Origin: Bacillota bacterium
GTDB taxonomy: Bacteria > Bacillota > SHA-98 > UBA4971
Length of the DNA stretch: 64,000 bases
NCBI GenBank assembly: GCA_024653485.1
Contig: JANLFY010000003.1
Span: 112,686 to 176,685, forward strand
Direction: 5' to 3'
In this document: positions 39,116 through 49,863 of the stretch, one piece after another
Layout: each line of letters begins with the position of its first letter
Numbering within the stretch: position 1 is the first letter of the stretch
Made by a program: the position numbers and the translations under genes
The notes under the pieces: generated by a model
Database searches by the model: none
Told to the model about the DNA's origin: nothing
Seen by the model: the letters and a program-made list of their open reading frames with translations, nothing else

Positions 39116-39943
39116 CTAGCTCGCCGCAAGTGAGCCAGTGTCAGCCTTCGCGCCTCTCACCACTATGCACTTGGTCGGGCACTTCTCCACGCACTTGCCG
39201 CACGCGTCGCACTTCCCCGCGTCGATGACGGCGAGATTGTCTTCCATGGATATGGCACCTGTGGGACAGACTTTGACGCACAGCCCGCACCCGATGCACC
39301 CGACCTTACATGTCTTCCGGACCTCCGCGCCACGCGCGTGCGACCTGCACAAGACTGTCACCGATTGCGATTCCGGCACCATCTCGATGATACCCCTCGG
39401 ACAAGCCGCAACGCATCTACCGCAGGAAGTGCACGCATCCTCGTCCACCACCGGTATGCCCTCAGGCCCCATGTGGAGAGCGTCAAAGGCGCAAGCCGCG
39501 ACACATGACCCCAGGCCGAGACAACCGTATACGCACGCCTTCGCGCCGCCCCCAACGAGTTGAGCGGCCTTGCAGTCGCGAAGGCCGTCATACGTGAACC
39601 TCGAACCGCAATTGGCCGCACCGCCTTGGCACAGAACCCTGGCTACCTTTCTCGCCTTCGCCTCGCCGGCGTCAACGCCCATGATGGCGGCAACCTTCGC
39701 AGCCACCGCTGCGCCTCCCACGGGGCACCCGTCCGTCGGTGCCTTGCCGGCTACTATCGCCGCCGCCAGCCCGCTGCAGCCCGGAAAGCCACACCCGCCG
39801 CAGTTGGCTCCGGGTAGGACCTCCATGATTCTGTCTTGTCTGGCATCCTGCTCCACCGCGAACTTCTTGGCCGCGAGAGCGAGCGCGAGTCCGAATACCG
39901 CTCCCATCAGCCCGAGGCCAAGGACCGCTTTGACGTATATCAT
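39116..39943 (-). CDS. rnfB: Rnf complex subunit B (RnfB, polyferredoxin)
   Basis: N-terminal TM, CxxCxxC 4Fe-4S-like N-domain (ANCGGCGFPGC) and two ferredoxin CxxCxxCxxxCP motifs. Last gene of the rnfCDGEAB order. Confidence 0.85.
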   Translation of the reverse strand: MIYVKAVLGLGLMGAVFGLALALAAKKFAVEQDARQDRIMEVLPGANCGGCGFPGCSGLAAAIVAGKAPTDGCPVGGAAVAAKVAAIMGVDAGEAKARKVARVLCQGGAANCGSRFTYDGLRDCKAAQLVGGGAKACVYGCLGLGSCVAACAFDALHMGPEGIPVVDEDACTSCGRCVAACPRGIIEMVPESQSVTVLCRSHARGAEVRKTCKVGCIGCGLCVKVCPTGAISMEDNLAVIDAGKCDACGKCVEKCPTKCIVVRGAKADTGSLAAS

Positions 39944-39967
39944 ACCTTGCTCACCCCTCGCCGAATT

Positions 39968-40567
39968 CTACATGACGCCGAAAAGCTCTTTGAGCCTGAA
40001 CCCCGCGAATCCCAGAAAAGCGATGGACATGAGGCCTGCGGTTATCAGGGCCATGGGGAAGCCTTTCAGCGACTCGGGTATCGGCGCGAGGTCCATGCGC
40101 TCTCTTATCGCGGCGAACAGGATTATCGCCAGCGTGAACCCGGACGCGCCCGCGATGCCGTTCACGGCGGCCCCAAGAAGGTCGTAGTCCTCGGTGATGT
40201 TCAGAATCGCCACCCCCAACACCGCGCAGTTGGTGGTGATGAGCGGCAGGTAGATGCCGAGGGCCTTGTACAGCACTGGGCTCACCTTCTGGATCACCAT
40301 CTCGACGAGCTGAACAAGCGCCGCGATCACGAGGATGAAGGCGATGGTCTGTAGGTAACCCAGGCCAAGCGGCACCAGCATGTAGTGCTGAACCGTCCAG
40401 GTCACGACAGACGCCACCCCCATCACGAACACGACCGCCATGCCCATGCCCGTGGCCGTCTCGACTTGTTTGGACACGCCTATGAACGGGCACACTCCGA
40501 GGATCCTCGACAGGATGAAGTTGTTCAGGAGCACGCCTCCGAAGAATATGACAAGTATCTCACCCAT
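39968..40567 (-). CDS. rnfA: Rnf complex subunit A
   Basis: 199-aa 6-TM protein, MGEILVIFFGGVLLNNFILSRILGVCPFIGVS... Confidence 0.85.
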   Translation of the reverse strand: MGEILVIFFGGVLLNNFILSRILGVCPFIGVSKQVETATGMGMAVVFVMGVASVVTWTVQHYMLVPLGLGYLQTIAFILVIAALVQLVEMVIQKVSPVLYKALGIYLPLITTNCAVLGVAILNITEDYDLLGAAVNGIAGASGFTLAIILFAAIRERMDLAPIPESLKGFPMALITAGLMSIAFLGFAGFRLKELFGVM

Positions 40568-40602
40568 GTGGTATTCCTCCTGTCACGGTTCGCCGTGCGG
40601 CG

Positions 40603-41232
40603 TCACGCCTGAGCCGTCTTCTTACCCCGACGGCTCAGGGAATTGAGAAGGCCTATCAAGAGCCCCAAGGTGATGAAGCCTCCGGGAGGCATGATCATGA
40701 GGACCGCCGCGAGACTGCGATCGAACACCTTGACTCCGGCAAACCCAAAATCAGGCACGGCAATGAGGGTGCCCGTCCCGAGGAGCTCCCTTATCGCGCT
40801 CAGACCGGTGAGTGCCAGCGTGAAGCCGAGCCCCATGCCGAGGCCGTCCGCGAGCGAGTACCATACCCCGTTCTTCGAGGCAAACGCCTCAGCCCTTGCA
40901 AGTATGATGCAGTTCACGACGATGAGCGGAATGAATATGCCAAGCACCTCGTGAAGCCTCGGCACGAAAGCAGCCATCACCAGATCGACCATCGTCACGA
41001 ACGAGGCTATGACCACGATGTAGCATGGGATACGTATCTTGGACGGAATCACGTTCCGCAACATGGAAATGATCACGTTCGACCCGACGAGCACGAACGT
41101 CGCTGCGATCCCCATGCCTATTCCGTTGGAAACTGCCACACTCGTCGCCATGGTCGGGCACATTCCAAGGAGTATCCTGAAAGTGGGATTCTCCTTCACG
41201 AGTCCCTTTGAGAATTCGGACCTAAAACTCAC
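40603..41232 (-). CDS. rnfE: Rnf complex subunit E
   Basis: 209-aa polytopic membrane protein homologous to RnfA (ILLGMCPTMATSVAVSNGIGMG). Confidence 0.85.
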   Translation of the reverse strand: MSFRSEFSKGLVKENPTFRILLGMCPTMATSVAVSNGIGMGIAATFVLVGSNVIISMLRNVIPSKIRIPCYIVVIASFVTMVDLVMAAFVPRLHEVLGIFIPLIVVNCIILARAEAFASKNGVWYSLADGLGMGLGFTLALTGLSAIRELLGTGTLIAVPDFGFAGVKVFDRSLAAVLMIMPPGGFITLGLLIGLLNSLSRRGKKTAQA

Positions 41233-41829
41233 TCACCAGACCCCCTCTCGCGAAGCAGCCTCGAACACTCGAAGAGCTTGGTCGACGGCACTGGCTACCG
41301 CCCTGGACGAGATGGTCGCTCCGGTGATAGCCTGCACTTGCCCGCCATCCCTCGTGACCTTCACCGTGGCCCCTGCGCGCAGCCCGAGGAATCTCTCTTG
41401 GAAGTCCTTGCTAGTGATGTTCGCACCCAGCCCAGGCGTTTCGGAGTGCTTCACCACGGTCAATCCGGTCACCACGCCATCGCGCGACACGCCCACGACT
41501 GCATCAATGGGCCCGCCGTAGCCGGAAGGGGCGCAGGCAAACGCGACCCCGGCGACTTCGCCGTTCTTGTATCCGATGTACACCGTGCCAACGACAGAAG
41601 CCTTTGACCCGCCGTCCCCAGCCTGGGAACCGACGCTCGAAAGCACCCTGTCTGTCTCGTCCTTGAATTCCTCAGCCTCGGGCACGACCGCCCTAAGCGC
41701 CTGCTCGAGTCGAACGGCAGCCTGAGATGCGATCCTCTCCTCTGTGATGTCGTTCACCACCGCGAGCGAACCCGCAGCCACCGCACAGATGGCAAAAAGG
41801 ATGAAGCCCAGCTTCCAGACGTCACGCAC
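41233..41829 (-). CDS. rnfG: Rnf complex subunit G (FMN-binding)
   Basis: N-terminal TM anchor and flavinylation motif ITGATISS near the C-terminus. Confidence 0.85.
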   Translation of the reverse strand: MRDVWKLGFILFAICAVAAGSLAVVNDITEERIASQAAVRLEQALRAVVPEAEEFKDETDRVLSSVGSQAGDGGSKASVVGTVYIGYKNGEVAGVAFACAPSGYGGPIDAVVGVSRDGVVTGLTVVKHSETPGLGANITSKDFQERFLGLRAGATVKVTRDGGQVQAITGATISSRAVASAVDQALRVFEAASREGVW

Positions 41830-42775
41830 CCTTCTTCACCTCCCCGAACTTGCGGGGCACCGTGACCCTATCTATGAGAGCAGTGGCGGAATTCATGATC
41901 AGGATCGCGTAGCACACGCCCTCCGGATAGCCGCCGAACAGCCTGATGAGGACCGTCAGAACACCGCACCCGATCCCGAAGGCGATCTGGCCTTTCGGTG
42001 TGACCGGGCTCGTGACGTAGTCCGTTGCCATGAAGAACGCGCCCAAGAAGAGCCCCCCGGCGAGCATGTGGAACAGCGGGTCCTCTCCAAAAAGCGCCGC
42101 CAGAACCGCCACAGTGCCGATGAAGCTCGCCGGAATGCGCCAGTTAATGTGCCCGCGCCAGATCAGGTACGCAGCTCCGATCAAGATCGCCAGGGCTGAT
42201 GTCTCCCCGATCGAACCCGCCACGTTCCCGAGGAACAGGTTGACGTACGGAGTCTTGATGCCGCCCAACCTCAGAAGGGCAAGTGGGGTAGCGGAACTCA
42301 GCGCATCGAAGTCACTTATCCACGCTGCCTCGAAGAGTGGCCACCTCCACCTCGTCATGGCCACGGGCCATGAGGCCAGGAGCACCGCCCGCCCGATGAG
42401 CGCCGGGTTGAAGACGTTCTGGCCAAGCCCGCCGAAGATGAACTTGGCGATGGCCATGGAGAACACCGCCCCGATGGCCCCGATCCAAAGCGGCAGGTCG
42501 GGCGGCAACACCAGGGCAAGCAGCAGCCCGGCCACGGCGGCGCTGTAGTCTCCGATGGTGATAGGCTTCCTAAAGAGCTTCTCGAGCCCCGCCTCGGTGG
42601 CTACCGCCGCCACCACGCACACCAGCATCATCGCGAACGCCCGAAGCCCGAAGAACCACACCCCTGCCAGCGACGCCGGCATCAGAGCAAGAATGACGTC
42701 GCTCATGATGACGGGCGTTGATACTGCAGTCCGCTGGTGCGGCGACGAAGACACTACGAGTCCTGTTGCATCCAT
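41822..42775 (-). CDS. rnfD: Rnf complex subunit D
   Basis: 317-aa polytopic membrane protein (NqrB/RnfD family), between rnfC and rnfG. Confidence 0.85.
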   Translation of the reverse strand: MDATGLVVSSSPHQRTAVSTPVIMSDVILALMPASLAGVWFFGLRAFAMMLVCVVAAVATEAGLEKLFRKPITIGDYSAAVAGLLLALVLPPDLPLWIGAIGAVFSMAIAKFIFGGLGQNVFNPALIGRAVLLASWPVAMTRWRWPLFEAAWISDFDALSSATPLALLRLGGIKTPYVNLFLGNVAGSIGETSALAILIGAAYLIWRGHINWRIPASFIGTVAVLAALFGEDPLFHMLAGGLFLGAFFMATDYVTSPVTPKGQIAFGIGCGVLTVLIRLFGGYPEGVCYAILIMNSATALIDRVTVPRKFGEVKKGA

Positions 42776-42817
42776 TTATCGATCCCCCCACAAGCGAACG
42801 CGCTTACAGCGCCTGGC

Positions 42818-44149
42818 TCAGCTCGCCTGGGCCTTGCGCCTCCTCGCCATGATCTCCGACTTGGCAAGCCTGATGGCCTGCACGAGACGCCTGCGCGACG
42901 GGCACACGAAACTGCAGCACCCACACTCGATGCAGTCGAGGGCGTTCACGCGTTCCGCGTCGCCATACCTACCCGCTTCCGCGTAGCTCGCTATCCAAAG
43001 CGGCATGAGCCTCATGGAACACGCCTCCACGCACTTTCCACACCTCACGCAGGGCATCGGCCCGGCGGGCGCAGCCTCCTCTTTGCCCAAGAGCAACACC
43101 CCTGATGTCCCCTTCGTAACAGGGATGTCCGTCGTGAACTGCGCCACTCCCATCATCGGCCCACCGATTATGATCTTCGCGGGCGGGGAGGAGCACCCCC
43201 CGCAGGCCTCTATGAGATCGCTTAGAAGCGTTCCTATCCTCACTTGCACGTTCTGCGGCTCGGCAATGCAGGAACCTGCCACGGTCACGACCCGCTCGAC
43301 AAGGGGCATCCCTGAGCAAACGGCGTCTTTCACTGCTGCAGCGGTCCCCACGTTGTTTACCACGACCCCCACGTCCACGGGAAGCCCCCCGGATGGGACC
43401 TCCCGCCCGAGGATCGCCCAAATGAGCTGCTTCTCGGCGCCCTGCGGGTACTTGACTTTGAGCGGAACGACAGATATCCTCTCGTCGCTCTTGGCCGCTT
43501 GGGATATGGCCTCGATCGCGTCTGGCTTGTTCTCCTCGATCCCGACGTAGGCCTTCTTGACGCTCGTGGCCTTGAGAAGAAGCTTCACGCCGTCCACCAC
43601 GTCCCCAGCCCGCTCCACCATCAACCTGTGGTCTGCGGAGAGGTACGGCTCGCACTCGGCACCGTTTACGATTACCGTGTCGAAGCTCTTGCCAGGCGGC
43701 GGCGTCAGCTTGAAATGAGTGGGGAACGCCGCGCCGCCCAGGCCGACTATGCCCGCTTCGCGGATTATGGTCTTAATCTCGTCAGCGCTGAGCTCATCCG
43801 CGTCCCTCCTCGGCTCGACGTGCTCGTCGAGGGTGTCCGCGCCATCTGACTCGATGATGACGGACAGAACCTCTCTCCCACCAGACTGTGGATGTGGTGA
43901 CACTCCCACGACCTTTCCGGACACGCTCGCGTGAACGGGTGCCGTCAGCCTAGCCGGGCTGTCGCCGATCTTCTGCCCAGTCTTGACCGTGTCTCCCACC
44001 TTCACAAGAGGCTCACACGGCGCGCCGGTGTGCTGGTGGAGGGATATTACGACCCTCCCAGGCGGGCCCAGCCTCCTTATGGGCTTCGACGCGGTGTCCT
44101 CTTTGTGGTAGTGGGCGTGTACTCCTCCCCTAAAGGTTTTCGCTACCAT
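42818..44149 (-). CDS. rnfC: Rnf complex subunit C (NADH-binding, 2x[4Fe-4S])
   Basis: MVAKTFRGGVHAHYHKEDTASKPI... and C-terminal CVRCGKCVEACSMRL...CIECGCCSFVCPS motifs. Start at the internal M; the upstream part of the track ORF is non-coding. Confidence 0.85.
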   Translation of the reverse strand: MVAKTFRGGVHAHYHKEDTASKPIRRLGPPGRVVISLHQHTGAPCEPLVKVGDTVKTGQKIGDSPARLTAPVHASVSGKVVGVSPHPQSGGREVLSVIIESDGADTLDEHVEPRRDADELSADEIKTIIREAGIVGLGGAAFPTHFKLTPPPGKSFDTVIVNGAECEPYLSADHRLMVERAGDVVDGVKLLLKATSVKKAYVGIEENKPDAIEAISQAAKSDERISVVPLKVKYPQGAEKQLIWAILGREVPSGGLPVDVGVVVNNVGTAAAVKDAVCSGMPLVERVVTVAGSCIAEPQNVQVRIGTLLSDLIEACGGCSSPPAKIIIGGPMMGVAQFTTDIPVTKGTSGVLLLGKEEAAPAGPMPCVRCGKCVEACSMRLMPLWIASYAEAGRYGDAERVNALDCIECGCCSFVCPSRRRLVQAIRLAKSEIMARRRKAQAS

Positions 44150-44454
44150 GGCAGCCAAGCACTCCTCCTTACGCCTGGCGTCGCGGGGCTGGCCGCGAGC
44201 CGCATACAAAGGCGAGCAGGCGCTCTCGTGCGCCTGACCCGCGTCGCAAAGCATCATGGACGTGTTCTTGCGGACGTGTTCTTGCGGCGTGTCCCGCGAT
44301 ACGTCGTATGGCCGACTTATCATTATTCCTCGGCTTCTGTCGATTCTCCTTCTGTGCTACACGCCGTTTTCGATCCAAGACGACCCTCGCGCGCGTAGAG
44401 CGGGCTCCCCGGCGTGCCAAGAGCCGTCTCGTGCACCCGCGCACCGACCACGAC

Positions 44455-44883
44455 TCAAGTTATCAGGCTTTGCGCGTCCCCGGGAAAGAAGATCCCGACT
44501 TCCCGCTCATAGCTTTCTCGGGAGTCCGAGGCATGGACGACGTTCTCCGGGAGCGTCCCACCGAAATCCCCCCTGATGGTGCCCGGAAGCGCCTCCGCCG
44601 GGTTCGTGGCGCCCACTAAGGTCCTCGCCACCTTCACCGCGTCGCCCTCACGCTCGAGCACGATGAGGGCCGAAGGGCCTCGCGTCACGTAGTCAAGAAG
44701 TCCCGGGAACATCGGGCGGTCAGCAAGGTGCTCGTAGTGGCGCGCGGCGTCCGTCCTCGCGATGGTCCTCATCTCCATCTTGACGATGCGGAAGCCCCTT
44801 CTCTCGAAACGTTCGAGCACGGTTCCAACAAGCCCACGCTCTACCCCATCGGGCTTCACGATTATGAACGTTCGCTCCATCAT
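44455..44883 (-). CDS. ndk: Nucleoside diphosphate kinase
   Basis: ERTFIIVKPDGVERGLVG...NVVHASDS (active-site His), 142 aa. Confidence 0.9.
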   Translation of the reverse strand: MMERTFIIVKPDGVERGLVGTVLERFERRGFRIVKMEMRTIARTDAARHYEHLADRPMFPGLLDYVTRGPSALIVLEREGDAVKVARTLVGATNPAEALPGTIRGDFGGTLPENVVHASDSRESYEREVGIFFPGDAQSLIT

Positions 44884-44923
44884 TCAACGTCCCCCCACGC
44901 GCTGCCCCGCCTGGCCGCGATGC

Positions 44924-46627
44924 TTAGAACAACCCGACGATCTTCCCGTCGTCGTCGATATCTACGTTCTCTGCGGCGGGACGCGCGGGCAGACCGGGCA
45001 TGGTCATCATCTGGCCGCACAGCGGCACGAGGAACCCCGCGCCCGCGGACGCTCTTACCTCGCGGACGGTCAGCTTCCACCCGCGGGGAGCCCCCCTGAG
45101 CGACGGATCGTCGGAGAGCGAAAGCTGCGTCTTGGCCATGCAGATGGGCAGTCCGCCCAGGCCCTGCTCTTCGATGACCTTGATGTCGCGCTCCGCGGTG
45201 CCGGCGTATACGACTCCGTCGGCCCCGTAGATCTCCGTGGCGAGGATCTCGATCTTCTCCTTCACGGAAAGCTCGAGGTCATACAGGAACCTGAAGTTCG
45301 GCTCATCCCGCTCCAAGGCGTCAAGGACCGCTTCGGCAAGCTCTCGCCCGCCGTCGCCGCCTCTCGCCACGACCTCGGAGACTGCCGAGCGCACGCCGAG
45401 CTCCTCGCAGTGCCTCTGCAGGTACTCGAGCTCCTCGCGGTCGTCCGCGGGGAACCTGTTGATCGCCACGACGACCGGCAGGCCGAACTTCTTTGTCACG
45501 TTCGTCACATGCTTGTCGAGGTTTTCACAACCCTTCGCCAGCGCATCCAGGTTCTTCTCGGCGAGCTTGCTCTTGGCCACGCCCCCGTGATGGTGAAGCG
45601 CGCGTACAGACGCGACCAGCACGACAACATGCGGGCGCACTTCAGTTATCCTGCACACTATGTCGAAGAACTTCTCGGCGCCCAGGTCGGCGGCGAAGCC
45701 GCCTTCCGTGACCACGTAGTCCGCAAGCCGCAGAGCTGTCTCCGTTGCAAGAATGGAGTTGTTTCCGTAAGCGATGTTGGCAAACGGCCCCCCGTGAACG
45801 AAGGCCGGTTGCCCTTCCAGGGTCTGCACGAGATTCGGCTTGATGGCGTCCTTCATTATGACCGCCATCGCCCCAACGGCCTTGAGCTCAGAGGCCGTGA
45901 CCGGCCTCCCTTCGTACGTGTATGCCACCACCAGCTTCGAGAACCGGTCCTTGAGATCCGAGAGAGATCGAGAAAGCCCGAGGCATGCCATGACCTCCGA
46001 GGCCACGGTGATGTCGAACCCGCTCTCCATTGGAAACCCGTTGGCCTTGCCGCCCAGGCCCACCACGATGTTTCGGAGCTGCCTGTCGCTTATGTCCATG
46101 ACGCGACGCCACACGACTCGCCGCGGGTCTATCCCCAGTTCGTTTCCCTGATGGATGTGGTTGTCGACCATCGCCGCAAGCAGGTTGTGAGCAGCCCCCA
46201 CGGCATGGATGTCCCCGGTGAAGTGGAGATTGATGTCCTCCATTGGCAGTACTTGGGAGTACCCCCCGCCGGCGGCACCGCCCTTGACGCCGAAGGTCGG
46301 CCCGAGCGACGGCTCGCGCAGCGCGACCATGACCTTCTTGCCCAGCTTCCCCAGGGCCTGCGTGAGCCCCACCGCAGTGCAGGTCTTCCCCTCGCCGGCG
46401 GGCGTCGCAGTGATAGCTGTCGTGTAGATGAGCTTGCCGTACGGACGGCTCTTGAGCCGGTCGATGGCTTCCAGCCTTACCTTGGCCTTGTACTTCCCGT
46501 AGTACTCGATGTCGTCCTCGGTCAGCCCCACCTTTGCGGCGATGTGACCTATTGGCTCGAGCCTTGCGCTTTGCGCTATCTCGATGTCGGGAGGGATCCT
46601 GCCGTACGTCGCTTCCGCCATGGTCAA
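44924..46627 (-). CDS. fhs: Formate--tetrahydrofolate ligase
   Basis: 567 aa. [16 protein letters not shown]-loop and [19 protein letters not shown] motifs. 4-nt overlap with the nfnB stop. Confidence 0.9.
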   Translation of the reverse strand: MTMAEATYGRIPPDIEIAQSARLEPIGHIAAKVGLTEDDIEYYGKYKAKVRLEAIDRLKSRPYGKLIYTTAITATPAGEGKTCTAVGLTQALGKLGKKVMVALREPSLGPTFGVKGGAAGGGYSQVLPMEDINLHFTGDIHAVGAAHNLLAAMVDNHIHQGNELGIDPRRVVWRRVMDISDRQLRNIVVGLGGKANGFPMESGFDITVASEVMACLGLSRSLSDLKDRFSKLVVAYTYEGRPVTASELKAVGAMAVIMKDAIKPNLVQTLEGQPAFVHGGPFANIAYGNNSILATETALRLADYVVTEGGFAADLGAEKFFDIVCRITEVRPHVVVLVASVRALHHHGGVAKSKLAEKNLDALAKGCENLDKHVTNVTKKFGLPVVVAINRFPADDREELEYLQRHCEELGVRSAVSEVVARGGDGGRELAEAVLDALERDEPNFRFLYDLELSVKEKIEILATEIYGADGVVYAGTAERDIKVIEEQGLGGLPICMAKTQLSLSDDPSLRGAPRGWKLTVREVRASAGAGFLVPLCGQMMTMPGLPARPAAENVDIDDDGKIVGLF

Positions 46628-48045
46628 CCGCTCCTTTCCCGTTTAGCACGGATGTACTCGTCGATTCCGCGAGCAGCTATCTTTCCAGCCCCCATCGCAG
46701 CGATGACGGTAGCAGACCCGGTGACTATGTCCCCACCGGCGAATACCCCCGGCACGCTCGTCTCGCCGGTCTCTTCGTTTACGATCACGTTCCCGTGCCG
46801 CCCGATCTTGAGCCCAGGCACGCTCCTCACAAGAAGGGGATTCGGGTCCGTGCCCACCGCCGATATCATCGTGTCGATGTCGATCACGAACTCGGAGCCC
46901 TGCACAGGGACGGGCCTCCGCCTTCCGCTCTCGTCGGGCTCGCCCAACTCCATCCGGATGCACTCCATGCCCCGCACCCAGCCTCGCTCATCGCCGAGGA
47001 CCCTGATGGGATTGGTGAGGAGCATGAGTTCTACTCCCTCTTCCTCGGCGTTCTCGATCTCTTCGAGTCTCGCCGGCATTTCCGCACGAGACCGTCGGTA
47101 CACTATGGTGACCTTCTCGGCGCCGAGCCTCAGTGCTGTCCTGGCTGCGTCCATCGCGACGTTCCCCGCGCCTACCACCGCCACCCGCTTGCCGACCCAG
47201 ATCGGAGTATCATACTCCGGGAAGAGGTACGCCTTCATGAGGTTCGAGCGGGTGAGAAACTCGTTCGCCGAATAGACCCCGTTGAGGTTCTCCCCCGGTA
47301 TCCCCAGGAAGTGCGGAAGCCCCGCCCCGGTCCCGAGGAAGACCGCGTCGAATCCATCGCGGAAGAGCTCATCCAAGGTCACCGTCTTGCCCACGAGCGT
47401 GTTCGCACGGATCTCCACTCCCAAGCTCTTCACGTAATTGACCTCTTCGTCCACGATGGCCTTGGGCAAACGGAACTCCGGGATGCCGTAACGCAGCACC
47501 CCTCCTGTCGAGTGGAGCGACTCGAAGAGCACCACCTTGTACCCCATCCTCGCCAGGTCCGCCGCGCACGTTAGCCCGGCAGGCCCCGAACCAACCACCG
47601 CCACTCTGCCCGCGGAAACGCGCGCGGCCACCTTTGGGTCGTTCTTCGCCCCCTCGCTCGACGTCCTTTCGTAGTCCGCCGCGAAGCGTTCGAGGGCGCC
47701 TATCGCCACGGGCTTTCCTTTCTTGCCCAAAGTGCATCTCTGTTCACACTGCGTCTCCTGAGGGCACACCCGTCCGCATATCGCAGGCAAGCTGTTCTTT
47801 TCCTTGACCTTCCTCGCTGCCTCAACGAACCTGCCCTCCGCGATCAGCTTCACGAAGGAAGGGATGTCCACCTCGACGGGGCATCCTGCCACGCAAGGGC
47901 GCTTGGGGCAGCCAATGCATCGCTTTGCCTCCTCCACGGCTGTGTCCGGCGAGTACCCGAGGGCCACTTCGTCGAAATTGCGTATTCGTTCCTGGGGATC
48001 TTGCTTCGGCATGAGATGCCTGTCTACTCTCGCCGGCATTTGCAT
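46624..48045 (-). CDS. nfnB: NfnB-like: glutamate synthase small-subunit-type NADPH:ferredoxin oxidoreductase subunit (FAD/NAD(P)-binding, 2x[4Fe-4S])
   Basis: 473 aa, GltD-like: CxxCxxxPC...C cluster motifs and two Rossmann GxGxxG motifs ([19 protein letters not shown]). Confidence 0.8.
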   Translation of the reverse strand: MQMPARVDRHLMPKQDPQERIRNFDEVALGYSPDTAVEEAKRCIGCPKRPCVAGCPVEVDIPSFVKLIAEGRFVEAARKVKEKNSLPAICGRVCPQETQCEQRCTLGKKGKPVAIGALERFAADYERTSSEGAKNDPKVAARVSAGRVAVVGSGPAGLTCAADLARMGYKVVLFESLHSTGGVLRYGIPEFRLPKAIVDEEVNYVKSLGVEIRANTLVGKTVTLDELFRDGFDAVFLGTGAGLPHFLGIPGENLNGVYSANEFLTRSNLMKAYLFPEYDTPIWVGKRVAVVGAGNVAMDAARTALRLGAEKVTIVYRRSRAEMPARLEEIENAEEEGVELMLLTNPIRVLGDERGWVRGMECIRMELGEPDESGRRRPVPVQGSEFVIDIDTMISAVGTDPNPLLVRSVPGLKIGRHGNVIVNEETGETSVPGVFAGGDIVTGSATVIAAMGAGKIAARGIDEYIRAKRERSG

Positions 48046-48875
48046 CCCTCCACATGCGCCTTGTACCGCTCCATGGCAAGCTTCTCCTCAGTCAGGAACC
48101 GCGTCTGTCTCGCCATGAGCTCACCAAAATCCACTTTGTGCCCGTCGAACGCAGGTCCCTCAACGCAGGAAAACATCGTCTTCCCGTCCACGGTCACACG
48201 GCACGAGCCGCACATCCCCGTGCCATCCACCATGATAGCGTTCAGACTCACTACGGTCTTGACGCCGAACTCCGCCGTCACCTTGCACGCGGCGCGCATC
48301 ATGGGAAGGGGCCCGATGGCGACAACCTCGTCCGGACGCAGCCCGCCTGCCAGCAGGTCGTGAAGGAGCCCGGTCACGAAGCCGTGGTACCCGAAGCTGC
48401 CGTCGTCGGTGGCGTAATGCACCTCGTCGCTCACCGCCTCCATCCTGTCCTTGAAGATGAGCATATCCTTCGTCTGGGCGCCTACGAGAGAAATCACTCT
48501 CGTGCCCAGCTCGTGAAAGGCTTTGGCTTCGGGATAAATCGGCGCCACCCCCACCCCGCCTGCCACGCATACTACCGTGTCGAGCCGCCTGATCTCCCTC
48601 GGCGTCCCAAGGGGCCCTACCAGATCGAGGATTGACTCGCCTTCCTCGAGAGTCCCGAGCTCATAGGTGCTCTTCCCGACCTCTTGGAACACCATGGTGA
48701 TGGTTCCCGCCCCGGGATCGCTGTCCGCTATGGTCAGAGGAATCCTCTCCCCCCGGTCGTGCAACCGCAGCACGAAGAAGTGACCCGGCCGGGCGTGCGA
48801 CGCGATCTCCGGCGCCTCCACCACGAACAGCTTGATCCTGGGAGCCAGTTCTTCTTTCTTGATGATCCTGTGCAT
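48024..48875 (-). CDS. nfnA: NfnA-like: ferredoxin-NADP+ reductase-type subunit (FAD, [2Fe-2S])
   Basis: MHRIIKKEELAPRIKLFVVEAP... is the PyrK/sulfide dehydrogenase alpha fold with C-terminal CGSC...C cysteines. AAGGAGGAG RBS before ATG at 48875. Confidence 0.8.
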   Translation of the reverse strand: MHRIIKKEELAPRIKLFVVEAPEIASHARPGHFFVLRLHDRGERIPLTIADSDPGAGTITMVFQEVGKSTYELGTLEEGESILDLVGPLGTPREIRRLDTVVCVAGGVGVAPIYPEAKAFHELGTRVISLVGAQTKDMLIFKDRMEAVSDEVHYATDDGSFGYHGFVTGLLHDLLAGGLRPDEVVAIGPLPMMRAACKVTAEFGVKTVVSLNAIMVDGTGMCGSCRVTVDGKTMFSCVEGPAFDGHKVDFGELMARQTRFLTEEKLAMERYKAHVEGCKCRRE

Positions 48876-49227
48876 GTCTCTCCTCCTTGTCCCTCGTGCC
48901 AGGCCGCAGCGCCTCTGTGCGCTGCGGGCTGACGGTATCCCCAAGGCCGCCCTCTCAGTTCGTGAGGCTTCACTCTGTCCCTTTCTGTTCCTTGCTGTTA
49001 CGCTGCGGGTACGCCGGACCCGCCTTCGCACGGGAAAGCACTGTTCCGCTCTGGCCCCGCGGCAAGAGGGGAGCGCCTCCCGGGCCGGAGGGCAACCGCC
49101 CGCAGGCCGATTGTCATCCCCGCCCCCAAACGGTTCCGCGAGTCACCGACGTACACGACCGCCACGTGGCCTCGCGATCGACTCCCTAACGGAAGATCTC
49201 ACGCTAACGGAAGATCGCACGCGCACA

Positions 49228-49863
49228 TCACAAATAGTACGCCAGGTGCATGAGCTCCACGCTCAGGTCGGTATTGTGGAGACGCACGCCTTCAGGGACT
49301 CTCAGCTTCACGGGGGCGAAGTTCAGAATGGCTTCTATCCCCGCCCCTACGCAAGCATCGACAACCCTTTGAGCCGCCTCCGCTGGAACAGCAACTATTG
49401 CCATCTTGATCTGGCGGTCGCGAGCAGTCTCCGCGATCCTGTCCACGTGATGTACTGGAACGTCACCCACCTTCTTGCCGACCTTGGACGGGTCCACGTC
49501 AAAAAGCGCCGCGAGGCGGAGATGGTAGTTCCTTTCGACGGCCCGCCGTCCAATGACGTATCGCGCCAACGCCTGCCCCAGGCCGCCTGCCCCCACTATG
49601 GCCACGTTTATCTCCTTGTCGAGATTGAGCACCGATCGGAGCTCGCTGCGAAGCACGCCTATCTGGTATCCCACACCCTGCTTCCCGAAACCGCCGAGGA
49701 AGTTGAGATCCTTGCGCACTTGCGCGGGGGTAACGCCAGCTCTCTCCCCTAGCTCAAACGAGGATATGAGACCCCCGTGGACTTCCTCGTCCACCGCCTC
49801 GAGCACTCGGAGGTACACTGGCAGCCGTCTGATGACAACGTCCGGAACCCGCAGTCTCCTCAA
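49228..49863 (-). CDS. rex: Redox-sensing transcriptional repressor Rex
   Basis: MRRLRVPDVVIRRLPVYLRVLEAVDEE... winged helix plus Rossmann NADH-sensing domain (VAIVGAGGLGQAL), 211 aa. Confidence 0.9.
   Translation of the reverse strand: MRRLRVPDVVIRRLPVYLRVLEAVDEEVHGGLISSFELGERAGVTPAQVRKDLNFLGGFGKQGVGYQIGVLRSELRSVLNLDKEINVAIVGAGGLGQALARYVIGRRAVERNYHLRLAALFDVDPSKVGKKVGDVPVHHVDRIAETARDRQIKMAIVAVPAEAAQRVVDACVGAGIEAILNFAPVKLRVPEGVRLHNTDLSVELMHLAYYL

Noticed and set aside
44762-47275. 837-aa plus-strand ORF
   Set aside because: Antisense to fhs and nfnB, both unambiguous. Composition is dominated by R/P/S/L from GC-rich antisense codons, with no recognisable motifs.
48876-49227. Rex operator upstream of nfnA (TTTGTGATGTGCGCGTGCGA)
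   Set aside because: Only the left half-site (TTGTGA) is present and the right half is absent, so it is insufficient for a Rex palindrome.
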